Below are positions 20,134-29,572 of a DNA stretch of 64,000 bases, in pieces. A model generated the notes under the pieces. The model saw nothing but the letters and a program-made list of their open reading frames with translations. It ran no database searches and was not told the DNA's origin. Position 1 is the stretch's first letter. Each line of letters opens with the position of its first letter. The position numbers were made by a program, and so were the translations under genes. The DNA comes from Cenarchaeum sp. (GTDB taxonomy: Archaea > Thermoproteota > Nitrososphaeria > Nitrososphaerales > Nitrosopumilaceae): NCBI GenBank assembly GCA_963692915.1, contig OY843584.1, forward strand, positions 640,001-704,000. Reading direction: 5' to 3'.

Positions 20134-20742
20134 ATGACGTCTGCCTATTGGAGAGCGCACGGGGACCCACCAATAGTCGTTGGGACTGCGGCGACGACGA
20201 TATACATGCTAGGCATCATACTGGTCATAGCAAGGGTCACCGGAATCGTCCACGACGTCGGATCGTTTGGCGCCGTCATTGGGACCATGGCGTTGGGGTT
20301 TATGGTCTACATATTTGTAAAGACCACAACGCGCGACAGCAAGGCCGAGCGAGGCAGAGAGTATGAATTGAGGGAGGCTGACAGTGAAAATATCAGTCGA
20401 TTGACACGCATAATCGAGCAGTGTGAGATATCGCTGCTAAAATTAGAGCAGCATAAAGAAACATCCAAGGAAAGATTAATCATGGAGTTACAATATGTGC
20501 GAGATCGGACAGACATTATTTTAACAAATTATGAGAAGTATTTGAGTCCAGAAGGCAGAAAACTAGTTGGAATCATTAAGGACATAATCGACGAGATGAG
20601 GTTTAATGGCCATGCAGGAAATACACGCACGGATGACGCGATTAAAAACATAGTACAATTAAAACAACACGTAATGGATGTGGATGATCAAGAGCTCAAA
20701 AGAAACAGAGAGTCGACCATGCATGGAACGCCAGATCAGTAG
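20134..20742 (+). CDS. Hypothetical membrane-anchored helical/coiled-coil protein, copy A1
   Basis: Two N-terminal hydrophobic segments followed by a charged helical region; TATA-like TATATA at ~20105; same length (202 aa) as the copy at 22626..23234. Confidence 0.75.
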   Translation: MTSAYWRAHGDPPIVVGTAATTIYMLGIILVIARVTGIVHDVGSFGAVIGTMALGFMVYIFVKTTTRDSKAERGREYELREADSENISRLTRIIEQCEISLLKLEQHKETSKERLIMELQYVRDRTDIILTNYEKYLSPEGRKLVGIIKDIIDEMRFNGHAGNTRTDDAIKNIVQLKQHVMDVDDQELKRNRESTMHGTPDQ

Positions 20743-20767
20743 AGGCAGATTTGTGCCCAACTGGACA

Positions 20768-21313
20768 TTAGCGCATATAGCCCAACTGGAGCATCTCGTC
20801 ATAAACTTGCTCTATCTGTTTTTTTGTGTAGGTTGGTTTTATGAACGCAACATATTTGGGCAATTCTGCCCCAACAATCCTATCGCGAAATTCAACATGA
20901 ATTAGCGTACTTGCAATTTCAAGCCAAGCGAGATCATGCGTATGCGCAAACTGTAAAAATTCGTCTTTGCGAACCCAGTGACCAAGGCGTTTAGAATCCG
21001 CCTCAGATATGTCAGGCAAGAGATAGTAATCACTGGCAAGTTGCGGGGAATACGGTCCATGTTCCAAAAGTCCATGGGAATAGCTAAATCCCAGTTGAAA
21101 CACATTTTTGGCAAAATAGAGATACAGTTGGATTTTGACGCGTTCGTGTTCTGACGCATCTCTGGGGTTTTTGCCACAGTCGATCAATTTATGCTCAAGA
21201 AGGAGCTTGAGGAGCGGAGCCGTGTTTGGATCGGGAATTTGTGGATCACTCAAAATACCCGGCATGTCTTCCGTGGCACGCTCGGATACTGTACCATATG
21301 CAGTGGAAGCCAT
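20768..21313 (-). CDS. Panacea/DUF4065 (SocA-like)-related protein, copy B1
   Basis: KIQLYLYFA...HGPYSPQLASDYY...WLEIASTL resembles the KLxY...GPYS and LELxAT pattern of SocA/Panacea and DarG C-terminal-like domains. Start codon uncertain. Confidence 0.55.
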   Translation of the reverse strand: MASTAYGTVSERATEDMPGILSDPQIPDPNTAPLLKLLLEHKLIDCGKNPRDASEHERVKIQLYLYFAKNVFQLGFSYSHGLLEHGPYSPQLASDYYLLPDISEADSKRLGHWVRKDEFLQFAHTHDLAWLEIASTLIHVEFRDRIVGAELPKYVAFIKPTYTKKQIEQVYDEMLQLGYMR

Positions 21314-21409
21314 GCTATGGCACCCCACAGACCCAGTCTGCTCCCCGCGTCACCATGACTCGGCATAATGGCCCAAATGATTTAACTGTTTTTGGAATTC
21401 CACGCGCGG

Positions 21410-21741
21410 GAATCGGGCATTCCTGCCCATTTTGGCCAAACGGGCGCGATCCCGCCGATCCGTTTACCGCAACGACGCCCGCCGGGGGCGCCGTGGCCAG
21501 GCTCCACTGCGCCCTGCCGCGAATGTTCGCGTTCTGCACGTCGGCGTCGAGCCCACGAACGGCACCGCCGAGGGGGCGCTGCGGCACGGGGCCGTGCGCC
21601 GCAAGGCAGGCGGCCAGCGAAAGTGGAGCGCCGCCACGGCCGAGCGCATGCCTACCACCCCGGTATGCCTCTTCACGTGGGGATCCACGGGATAGAGCAC
21701 GGCCGGGGAGGTCATGCTGGCGATCCGGGTGCTGACCTCAT
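21410..21741 (+). mobile_element. Degenerate, internally deleted IS66-family element
   Basis: Encodes a decayed TnpC C-terminus (GVEPTNGTAEGALRHGAVRRKAGGQRK, cf. EPTNNxAERALR). The right end GGGTGCTGACCTCA (21727-21740) is the reverse complement of 37280-37293. The left part matches 37296-37340. Confidence 0.75.
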
Positions 21742-21793
21742 GATGCACGTAACTCCAAATCAGTAAAAAGGCAGATTCGTGCCCAACTGCGCA

Positions 21794-22378
21794 TTAGCGC
21801 ATATAGCCCAACTGGAGTAGCTCGTCATAAACTTGCTCTACCTGTTTTTTTGTGTAGGTTGGTTTTGTGGACGCAACGTATTTGGGCAATTCTGGTCCAA
21901 CAATCCTATCGCGGAATTCAACATGAATTAGCGTACTTGCAATTTCAAGCCAAGTGAGATCATGCGTATGCGCAAACTGTAAAAATTCGTCCATGCGAGA
22001 CCAATAGGCAATATACTGGGAATCCGCCTCAGATATGTCAGGTAAAAGACGATAGTCACTGACAAGTCCCGGGGAATGTGCCCCATGTCTAAAAAGCACA
22101 TGATAATAGCTGAATGCCAGATCAAACACATTTTGGGCAAAAAAGACACACAGTTGGATTTTGATGCGGTCGTTTTCTGACGCATCTCTGGGGTTTTTGT
22201 CACAGTCGATCAATTTGTGCTCAAAAAGGAGCTTGAGGAAAGAGGCTGTGTTGGGATCGGGAATTCGTGGATCATTCAAAATACTTGGCATGTCCACCGT
22301 GGCACGCTCAGACACTGCTCGATATGCCGGAGGAACAACGTAGTACCCACAGTCCCAGTATGCCCTCCACGCCATCAT
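21794..22378 (-). CDS. Panacea/DUF4065-related protein, copy B2
   Basis: Paralog of B1 and B3 (DPNTASFLKLLFEHKLIDC...WLEIASTL). Start uncertain. Confidence 0.55.
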   Translation of the reverse strand: MMAWRAYWDCGYYVVPPAYRAVSERATVDMPSILNDPRIPDPNTASFLKLLFEHKLIDCDKNPRDASENDRIKIQLCVFFAQNVFDLAFSYYHVLFRHGAHSPGLVSDYRLLPDISEADSQYIAYWSRMDEFLQFAHTHDLTWLEIASTLIHVEFRDRIVGPELPKYVASTKPTYTKKQVEQVYDELLQLGYMR

Positions 22379-22625
22379 GTCCCAACAGAATTACCCAAAT
22401 AATTTAACCGTTTTTGGAATTCCACGCACGGGAATCTGGCATTCCTGCCCATTTTGGCCAAATGGGCGTGATCCTGCCGATCCGTTTACCGCAATGGGGG
22501 GAATTCCTGCCCATGTGCGCCATAGCGCCACCGGAGAGCTTAATCGTGCAAGGACCGCATCAGGCCAAAGTCCACGGCTCAGGGCAGGCTATATCATATA
22601 TAGCCGGGCAGCGTGGAATTCGTGC

Positions 22626-23234
22626 ATGACGTCTGCCTATTGGAAAGCGCACGGCGACCCGCCAATAGTCGTGGGGACTGCGGCGACCACGATATACATG
22701 CTAGGCATCATACTGGCCATAGCAAGGGTCACCGGAATCGTCCACGACGTCGGATCGTTTGGCGCCGTCATTGGGACCATGGCGTTGGGGTTTATGGTCT
22801 ACATATTTGTGAATAACACAACGCGCGACAACAAGGCCGAGCGGGGCAAAGAGTATGAATTGAGGGAGGCTGACAGTGAAAACATCAGTCGATTAACACA
22901 CATAATCGAGAAGTGTGCGATAACGCTGCGAAAATTAAATCAACATAAAGAAACATCCAAGGAAAGACCAGACATGGCAATACAACGCCTGCTAGGACTG
23001 ATAGACAATATTTCAACGAATTATGAGAAGTATTTGAGTCTAGACGGCCAGAAACTAGTCGGAATTATTAGGGACACAGTTGATGAGATGATGTTTAACG
23101 ATCAAGAAGGAAAGATACACATGGATGACGCGATTAAAAATATCGTACAATTAAAACAACACGTAATGGATGTAGATGATCAAGAGCTTAAAAGAAACAG
23201 AGAGTCAACCATGCATGGAGTGCCAAATCAGTGA
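22626..23234 (+). CDS. Hypothetical membrane-anchored helical protein, copy A2
   Basis: Paralog of A1 starting MTSAYWKAHGDPPIVVG. Confidence 0.75.
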   Translation: MTSAYWKAHGDPPIVVGTAATTIYMLGIILAIARVTGIVHDVGSFGAVIGTMALGFMVYIFVNNTTRDNKAERGKEYELREADSENISRLTHIIEKCAITLRKLNQHKETSKERPDMAIQRLLGLIDNISTNYEKYLSLDGQKLVGIIRDTVDEMMFNDQEGKIHMDDAIKNIVQLKQHVMDVDDQELKRNRESTMHGVPNQ

Positions 23235-23259
23235 AGGCAGATTCGTGCCCAACTGCGCA

Positions 23260-23805
23260 TTAGCGCATATGGCCCGACTGGAGCAGCTCGTCATAAACTT
23301 GCTCTACCTGTTTTTTTGTGTAGGTTGGTTTTAAGGTCGCAACATATTTGGGCAATTCTGGTCCAACAATCCTATCGCGAAATTCAATATGAATTAGCCT
23401 ACTTGCAATTTCAAGCCAAGTGAGATCATGCGTATGCGCAAACTGTAAAAATTCGTCCTTGCGAGGCCAATAGTCAATCTCCCGGGAATCCGCCTCAGAT
23501 ATGTCAGGCAAGAGATAGTAATCACGTGCAAGTTGCGGGGAATGTGGCCCATGTTCAAAAAGCCCATGGCGATAGGTAAATTCCAGACCAAACACATTTT
23601 GGGCAAAATAGACATACAGTTGGATTTTGATGCGTTCGTGTTCTGACGCATCTCTGGGGTTTTTGTCACAGTCGATCAATTTGTGCTCAAAAAGGAGCTT
23701 GAGGAGCGGAGCCGTGTTGGGATCGGCAACGAACGGATCGTTCAAAAAAGAGTCTATGTCCGCTATTGCACGCTCAGATACTGTACCATATGCCGTGGAA
23801 ACCAT
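23260..23805 (-). CDS. Panacea/DUF4065-related protein, copy B3
   Basis: Paralog of B1 containing HGPHSPQLARDYY. Confidence 0.55.
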   Translation of the reverse strand: MVSTAYGTVSERAIADIDSFLNDPFVADPNTAPLLKLLFEHKLIDCDKNPRDASEHERIKIQLYVYFAQNVFGLEFTYRHGLFEHGPHSPQLARDYYLLPDISEADSREIDYWPRKDEFLQFAHTHDLTWLEIASRLIHIEFRDRIVGPELPKYVATLKPTYTKKQVEQVYDELLQSGHMR

Positions 23806-24128
23806 GCTATGGCACCCCACAGACCCAGTCTGCTCGCCGTGTCACCATGACTCGGCAGAGTGGCCCAAATGATTTAACTGTTTTTAGAATTCCACGCGTG
23901 AGAATCGGGCATTCCTGCCCATTTTGACCAGGCAGCAGATCCTCGTGCGCCTGCCCCCTAGCCCACAGACACGCCCGCCACGCCCCCGCCAATGCGCGAC
24001 GTGGCCGCAGGCAGGATCATGGGATGCCCGAGGCGACCGCACGGCTCACCCTGGCGGCCCCACGCCATGCCAGGATCACGCGAGTCGCGCCGCAAGCAAG
24101 ATATGTGCCGGTGCGGCGCAGTCATGCG

Positions 24129-24374
24129 ATGAGCGCAAACACGATCAAAAAGGCCAAGAGGCTCGTAGAGTCTGGCGGCGTGGCCAAGATCGAGGACGAC
24201 ATCTACCAGGTCAGGTCATCAAGTGACGCCTCAAAGTCGTACATTGTTGACGGCGAGTCGTGTGACTGTCCCGGATACGCCAACTTTTACAAGTTTCACG
24301 GCGGCAAGGGGATAAAGGCAAACTGCTCGCACCTAGAGGCAGTCAGGCTGTTCCGAGGCGACGAGGAAGCTTAG
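24129..24374 (+). CDS. SWIM zinc-finger small protein
   Basis: YQVRSSS...Y.V...CDCP...CSH (CxC-x(n)-CxH). Confidence 0.8.
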   Translation: MSANTIKKAKRLVESGGVAKIEDDIYQVRSSSDASKSYIVDGESCDCPGYANFYKFHGGKGIKANCSHLEAVRLFRGDEEA

Positions 24375-25222
24375 GCGCCGGCGCGCATGCCGTCGCTGGC
24401 CATCCTGTACGCGATGTTCTTTACCATCACGTTGAGCGACTTCATGAGGTCGCTGCCCTCCTCATAGTTGCCCGTGTATGGCCCCACTGTCGTGCGTCGC
24501 GCAAGTGCCAGCGCATGGCCGGCCCGAAACGTCGGGTCGCCGGCTATGCCTATGCACTGCCCACCGTTGTTCTGCACGGCAGAAAAGCATGGCACGTCAT
24601 TCTTGCTGTCGCCAACATAGATCATGTTGCCAAACGGTATACGGCGACTTGCGTCATCCTTGAACGAGTTGACGAGGTATGGGTTTTTGCGCAGCTTTGC
24701 CCCGCCGATGCCCTTGTTTATCGCATGCAGGAACTTTGTCTTTTCGGTGAACGTGACGGCCGATTTTATGGCGTGTATCTTGCCATTCTCATCCTCGGCA
24801 AACGTGCCGCCAAACACGTCATTGAACGTGTCAGCAAACGGCGCGCCCCGTATGATCTCCTCAAATCCCGACGATATTATGTAAAACTCTACGCCTATTC
24901 CGGCATCGGCAATGTCAGGGTCAGAGTCGACCATTGCGCGAACTCGCGACACGAGATCCATGACACCTGGATTGGGCGATATCCTGCCGCCGAGCCCTCG
25001 CAGCAGGGCGTTGGTGTCCTGCGCTATGTCCCCTGTGCGAATCTTGTCGAGTATCATCGTCATCCACGCTATTGGCGGATCCCACCCGTCGGCCACGAGC
25101 GACTTGTGCGCGTCCCAGAATGCGCGCGTGTCAACGCCGTTGCTCTCGAGCAAAAAGTTAGTCGTGTCTGGCGCGAGCGTGTCATCACAGTCACACACCA
25201 CGGCTATCGTGCTCTGGGCCAT
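24371..25222 (-). CDS. HAD-superfamily hydrolase
   Basis: DCDDTL motif I, IISSG motif II, YVGDSKNDVPC motif IV. Confidence 0.85.
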   Translation of the reverse strand: MAQSTIAVVCDCDDTLAPDTTNFLLESNGVDTRAFWDAHKSLVADGWDPPIAWMTMILDKIRTGDIAQDTNALLRGLGGRISPNPGVMDLVSRVRAMVDSDPDIADAGIGVEFYIISSGFEEIIRGAPFADTFNDVFGGTFAEDENGKIHAIKSAVTFTEKTKFLHAINKGIGGAKLRKNPYLVNSFKDDASRRIPFGNMIYVGDSKNDVPCFSAVQNNGGQCIGIAGDPTFRAGHALALARRTTVGPYTGNYEEGSDLMKSLNVMVKNIAYRMASDGMRAGA

Positions 25223-25320
25223 GCGCAGCGGTCCGTGACGGCGCATATTAAAACGGATTCGGCGCGCGTGCGGCAGCGGCGCCCAAAGGTACATAATCCC
25301 AAAGCCGGCCCGCGCGTCCC

Positions 25321-25482
25321 ATGGTCATGCCGCTTGTCCACGAGAGCCGCCCAAAGTGCCACGTGTGCTGCGAGTCCTTTGAGGACATTGACGCGCTAAG
25401 GGAGCACAAAAGGGCAGCCCATGAGGACGCAGAGGGCCGCCGCGAGATGGGGCCGGCCCCAGGGGATGTCAGCGTGTTCTAG
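25321..25482 (+). CDS. Small C2H2 zinc-finger protein (53 aa, not in ORF track)
   Basis: MVMPLVHESRPKCHVCCESFEDIDALREHKRAAH...PAPGDVSVF: CxxC-x12-HxxxxH. Confidence 0.75.
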   Translation: MVMPLVHESRPKCHVCCESFEDIDALREHKRAAHEDAEGRREMGPAPGDVSVF

Positions 25483-25993
25483 GGCGCCGTGGATCGCCGC
25501 ATGCGCGGCGGCCATGGCCACACACGCGCCGGCTGCCCATGCGCAGCAGGGCACGGCAACAGTCAGCAACGAGACGCTTGCAGTCCTCGTCGCCTCGATC
25601 GTCGCAGTGGTCGCCCTGGCCCTGTACGTCTCGCGCGCCGCCATCATGCGCAAAAAGACCGACTATGACGGCGCAGACTATGCCTCAAAGTCAGACCGAA
25701 CGGGCGAAAAGTACAGCTCGGGATGGCATGATGACTATGAGCGGCCCGAGGCCGAGTCCGCAGCCAATGATGACCACTATGCGACGCTGGGCATTGGCAA
25801 AAAGGCCACGGCGCGCGACATAAAGGAGCGCTATAGGGAGCTCGCAAAGAGGCACCATCCGGACAGGGACGGCGGGAATGCCGCCGAGCTCGTGCGCATA
25901 AACAGGGCATACGGCGTGCTCTCGGATCCCGAATCGCGCCGCGAGTACGACAGGTCGCTAGGGCAGGGCACGCTCGGCTCGAATGACCCTTAG
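25466..25993 (+). CDS. Membrane-anchored DnaJ-domain protein
   Basis: Signal/TM segments followed by a J-domain (DHYATLG...YRELAKRHHPD...INRAYGVLSDP). Confidence 0.85.
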   Translation: MSACSRAPWIAACAAAMATHAPAAHAQQGTATVSNETLAVLVASIVAVVALALYVSRAAIMRKKTDYDGADYASKSDRTGEKYSSGWHDDYERPEAESAANDDHYATLGIGKKATARDIKERYRELAKRHHPDRDGGNAAELVRINRAYGVLSDPESRREYDRSLGQGTLGSNDP

Positions 25994-26299
25994 CGAGAGC
26001 ACGACGGTGCCGGACTGCTGCGAATAGCCCGTCAGGTTTGCGTGCATTCGCATCGGCTCATCGCCAAAGGAGCGAACCTCGATCTCGGCGAACTCGGTGC
26101 TCGGGCCGAGCATCGCGCCTGTCAGCATAGGGAGCATGGACGCATCGCGCATGCTCGCCCTGATCGTCGGCCATGGGCCTTCCGGACCGGCCTCTAGTGC
26201 CGCCGTGGCCACGCCGTGTGCGGTGCCGCCGAGGATCACCTCGTATCGAGAGCCCTCATGCGCGCGCTCTATCTCGCCGGGAAGCACGCCTGTGTCCAT
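25958..26299 (-). CDS. Hypothetical protein
   Basis: 113-aa ORF with a TTTAAA box upstream. Confidence 0.5.
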   Translation of the reverse strand: MDTGVLPGEIERAHEGSRYEVILGGTAHGVATAALEAGPEGPWPTIRASMRDASMLPMLTGAMLGPSTEFAEIEVRSFGDEPMRMHANLTGYSQQSGTVVLSLRVIRAERALP

Positions 26300-26356
26300 T
26301 GCAGGGCGCGTGCGCGCAAATACAGATTTAAAGAATGCGCAGGCGCGCGCACCCTG

Positions 26357-27673
26357 TTGCGGGAGTCAGGCGACACTCATGGGCTAAAGTCACGCATACT
26401 CGAGGCCGCCGAGGGCATGGGCATAGGCGAGGACGTGTATACCGAGATGCTAGACTATACGATAGAGCTCTTTGAGTCACAGGGCCTTGGAACCGACTAT
26501 TACGGGTACCACAACATCACCCACGAGCTCGAAGTCACGTACGCGACGCTCATAGCGATGCGCGGGCACGGCGGCGGGGGCGAGTTTGGCCACACGGACG
26601 CTAGGCACATGTATGCGGCCGCGCTGTTTCACGACTTTGAGCCGCAAAAGGACGCCGACAAGCCCCACGAGGAGGCCGTCCTCCGCTTTATCGACGCGGA
26701 CAGAAAGGTTAGCGACCTTGTGGACAGGGCAGGCCTTGACCTAGACTACATACGCGCGCTCATACTGCGCACGACGTACCCCTTTGAGGGCAAGAACCGC
26801 GAGCATGCCGGGCGCGAGATTGGCGCGTGCCATGACCGCATGGGCCTTGATGCCCAAGGGCGCGCGCGCAACCTGTGGAGGGGCTGGTTTCTCTCCGTCC
26901 TTGACCGCGTGTGCGGGTATGCGCTCGGCCCGTTCCCAAAGGCCATGGAGATGGCAAAGATGAACGCGCATGCACTTAGGTGGCATCCAAGCCTCATCGT
27001 GCGCCGGTCAGTGTCGTACTTTGAGCGCCTCCTCAATGACGAGACGGACATGACGCGCATCGTGCTCGGCGCGCTGCCGCGCGAGATGCGCAAGTGCTTT
27101 ATGGACAACGTTCTTGAGTTCCTCAACTTGCGCCAGCACGAGATACGCATAGAGTCTGACTATATCTACGAGAACGTGAGGCTGCACCCGTTCATAGAGA
27201 GCCACAAGGCGCGCACGGATCCAGAATTTGCGCGCAAGCTCCTGGCCATATATGACGAGCTCCCAAATCCCCTCCAGGTTGCGCGCCACACGTTTGCCGA
27301 GACGCTGTGCGATCCCGAGTTTGTGGTCAACACGCTGCGCCTGGGTGACGGGAACGGGGAGATCGTCGGCTTTGCCAAGGGTGGCCCACTTGAAAAGTAC
27401 CAGCTCCGGCCGGAGATCCGTGACGAGTTTCGCGGCAGCGGCAACACGGTCTTTTTGGAGCCGATCGCCCTAAAGATGGGATACTGGGGCATGGGGGGCG
27501 GCAGCGGCATGAGGAGCATGTTTGCGATGCAGGCCCACACGCGAAATTTCCGCTACATGACCAGCTTTGCGCTCCGCGAGGTCGTCCAGGCTCGAATAGA
27601 CAGTGGTGAGAGGATCGAGTTTGTCACAAGGTTTGACCCCGAGAGGTGGGACTATTACCGTATGGAGATATGA
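26357..27673 (+). CDS. HD-domain protein with C-terminal GNAT-like region
   Basis: YHNITHELEV and AALFHDF motifs. The C-terminal IVGFAKGGP...FLEPIALKMGYWGMGGG is acetyltransferase-like. Probable TTG start. Confidence 0.7.
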   Translation: MRESGDTHGLKSRILEAAEGMGIGEDVYTEMLDYTIELFESQGLGTDYYGYHNITHELEVTYATLIAMRGHGGGGEFGHTDARHMYAAALFHDFEPQKDADKPHEEAVLRFIDADRKVSDLVDRAGLDLDYIRALILRTTYPFEGKNREHAGREIGACHDRMGLDAQGRARNLWRGWFLSVLDRVCGYALGPFPKAMEMAKMNAHALRWHPSLIVRRSVSYFERLLNDETDMTRIVLGALPREMRKCFMDNVLEFLNLRQHEIRIESDYIYENVRLHPFIESHKARTDPEFARKLLAIYDELPNPLQVARHTFAETLCDPEFVVNTLRLGDGNGEIVGFAKGGPLEKYQLRPEIRDEFRGSGNTVFLEPIALKMGYWGMGGGSGMRSMFAMQAHTRNFRYMTSFALREVVQARIDSGERIEFVTRFDPERWDYYRMEI

Positions 27674-27753
27674 TCGCAGCGTAATGCGATTTGCCAATGT
27701 GTGAACAATTTTTAACTGTATCTTGATAATATCATGGAAGTGGTCGTATTGGC

Positions 27754-27897
27754 ATGACGACGGGGTACTGCGTAAAGTGCAGAACCAAGCGGGAGATCAA
27801 GGGCGCAAAGCCTACGGTCATGAAGAATGGCAAGCCCGCTGTCAGCGGCACGTGCTCAACGTGCAGCACCCGGATGTTCAAGATCGGCAAGCTCTGA
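27754..27897 (+). CDS. Small zinc-ribbon protein (DUF5679-like, 47 aa, not in ORF track)
   Basis: MTTGYCVKCRTKREIKGAKPTVMKNGKPAVSGTCSTCSTRMFKIGKL; followed by a T-rich terminator at ~27912. Confidence 0.8.
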   Translation: MTTGYCVKCRTKREIKGAKPTVMKNGKPAVSGTCSTCSTRMFKIGKL

Positions 27898-27977
27898 ACA
27901 TCCGAGTTCTCTTTTTTGAAATGCGCACGGTTCACTGACAGTCAAGCTAAAAAATGAACTAGTTGTGCTATTCGACC

Positions 27978-29405
27978 CTATTGAAAGGGATCTATGAATG
28001 GGCAGTTAACAATGTGGTCCGAGTCCATCGGGCGCGCGAGCGTGATGCTCACCTTGCCCTCTGACCTCATGGCCTGTATGTCACCGACATTCTCAAGAAG
28101 GCGCGCATCATGCGAATCCTCCCACGTGACTACGGATATGCGCCACATTGGCGAGTATCCGGCGTCTCCCAGAGCCGCCGTGGCTATGCCCGGCTGGAAG
28201 CCGAGAGGCCCGGGACCCTTGAGTCCGTTGGTGAACTGGAACAGGTCAACTGCGGCCGAATTTGCGATCAGGCTTGCCGACGTGGGCGTGTGTGGCACTC
28301 CCATCCCGTCTGCAGGGCCGGCCGGCGTGGCATCAGTCACGATATAGTATATCGTGCGGCCATCCGGACCCCAGCCCCTGTGAGCGACAAACGTCACAGT
28401 CATGGCATCAGTGTCGATCTCGGTGACCTGGCCGCCCCCATAGGGCAGCTTGTCATCGATCTCGGCCTCATTTACCATGAGCTGTCCGCCAGGCCACATG
28501 ACATGTGGCATGTTGATCACGACATCAAGCTCGGTGAGTATTATCTCACCAGCATCGCTTGCGGCCATGATCTCGGCCTCTGACATTAGAACCCGAGGCG
28601 TTGTGTCAGCGTTCCACGTGACATGGACGTGACTCTTCAGCGCACTGTACGTGTCTGGCATTGCCGGCGTCGATGTAAAGACTTCACCCTGGTATCCGTG
28701 CACTCCGTTTCCCTCCATGCCGTTTGTGAACATGTAGGTCTTTGAGAGAGCCGCATCTGGCGCATTGGCCAGTGTCGGGGCAAGCTCTACCTTCCAGCCC
28801 TGGCTCTCCGTGATTACGGTGGCATGGGTTGGGTCGCTAGAGTCCGTTATGACAAAGTATACACTCTGTCCGTCATGGTATCCCTCGTGTAGCGGCAGTG
28901 TTGCCGGAACGCTTGCGCGTGAAAGCAGCAGCTTGTGCGCATATGAGCCATCCTTGTCGTGCATGCGGTCCATCTTGTCGTGATCCATCATTTTGTCGTG
29001 GTCCATCATCTTGTCGTTGGACATCCTGTCGTGACCCATCATCTTGTCTTGATCCATCATCTTGTCGTGGTCCATCATCTTGTCGTGGTCCATCATCTTG
29101 TCGTGGTCCATCATCTTGTCATGTTCCATCTCGTCGTGCATGCGGTCATTCATCGCGTCGTCAGATTCCATGTGTTTGTCCATCGCGTCATCATGGTCAG
29201 ACATTGCCGATTCCATCGCCGGTTCTGATGGCGAGATCATCGACTCCATTGTCTTTGTCAGGTAGTCTGGCCCAACCTCGGAGCACAGCCTGTCCCCACA
29301 GACGACACGCGCAGCATCAGCAGCCGTAAGGCTACCGGCGGTCAGCGAAATGGCCATTGCTGGCACTATCGCAAATAGCAGCATTCGTTTCTGCAATGTG
29401 TTCAT
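27978..29405 (-). CDS. Secreted protein with Met/His/Asp-rich repeat and two homologous C-terminal domains (DUF7482-like)
   Basis: Signal peptide, VCGDRLCSE motif, (MMDHDK)n tract, duplicated YFVITDSS/YYIVTDAT...YS(A/P)...VN(M/C)P domains. Confidence 0.75.
   Translation of the reverse strand: MNTLQKRMLLFAIVPAMAISLTAGSLTAADAARVVCGDRLCSEVGPDYLTKTMESMISPSEPAMESAMSDHDDAMDKHMESDDAMNDRMHDEMEHDKMMDHDKMMDHDKMMDHDKMMDQDKMMGHDRMSNDKMMDHDKMMDHDKMDRMHDKDGSYAHKLLLSRASVPATLPLHEGYHDGQSVYFVITDSSDPTHATVITESQGWKVELAPTLANAPDAALSKTYMFTNGMEGNGVHGYQGEVFTSTPAMPDTYSALKSHVHVTWNADTTPRVLMSEAEIMAASDAGEIILTELDVVINMPHVMWPGGQLMVNEAEIDDKLPYGGGQVTEIDTDAMTVTFVAHRGWGPDGRTIYYIVTDATPAGPADGMGVPHTPTSASLIANSAAVDLFQFTNGLKGPGPLGFQPGIATAALGDAGYSPMWRISVVTWEDSHDARLLENVGDIQAMRSEGKVSITLARPMDSDHIVNCPFIDPFQ
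28953..29140 (-). repeat. 18-bp coding tandem repeat (MMDHDK)n
   Basis: CATCATCTTGTCGTGGTC repeated with variants. Confidence 0.85.
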
Positions 29406-29572
29406 TACATCGGTGGAGCCAAATGAGGGTTAAAAGCCTTTTTCCACATGCGCAGGCGTGCATGGTGCGTGCCCACAGATCACGGCCAAGATCCACCCCG
29501 CGAGTCGGCGCTGCCCGCATGGGCACCCCCAGACCCCGTCATCGTGACGTCAGGTGAGGGAACGACCTGTCC

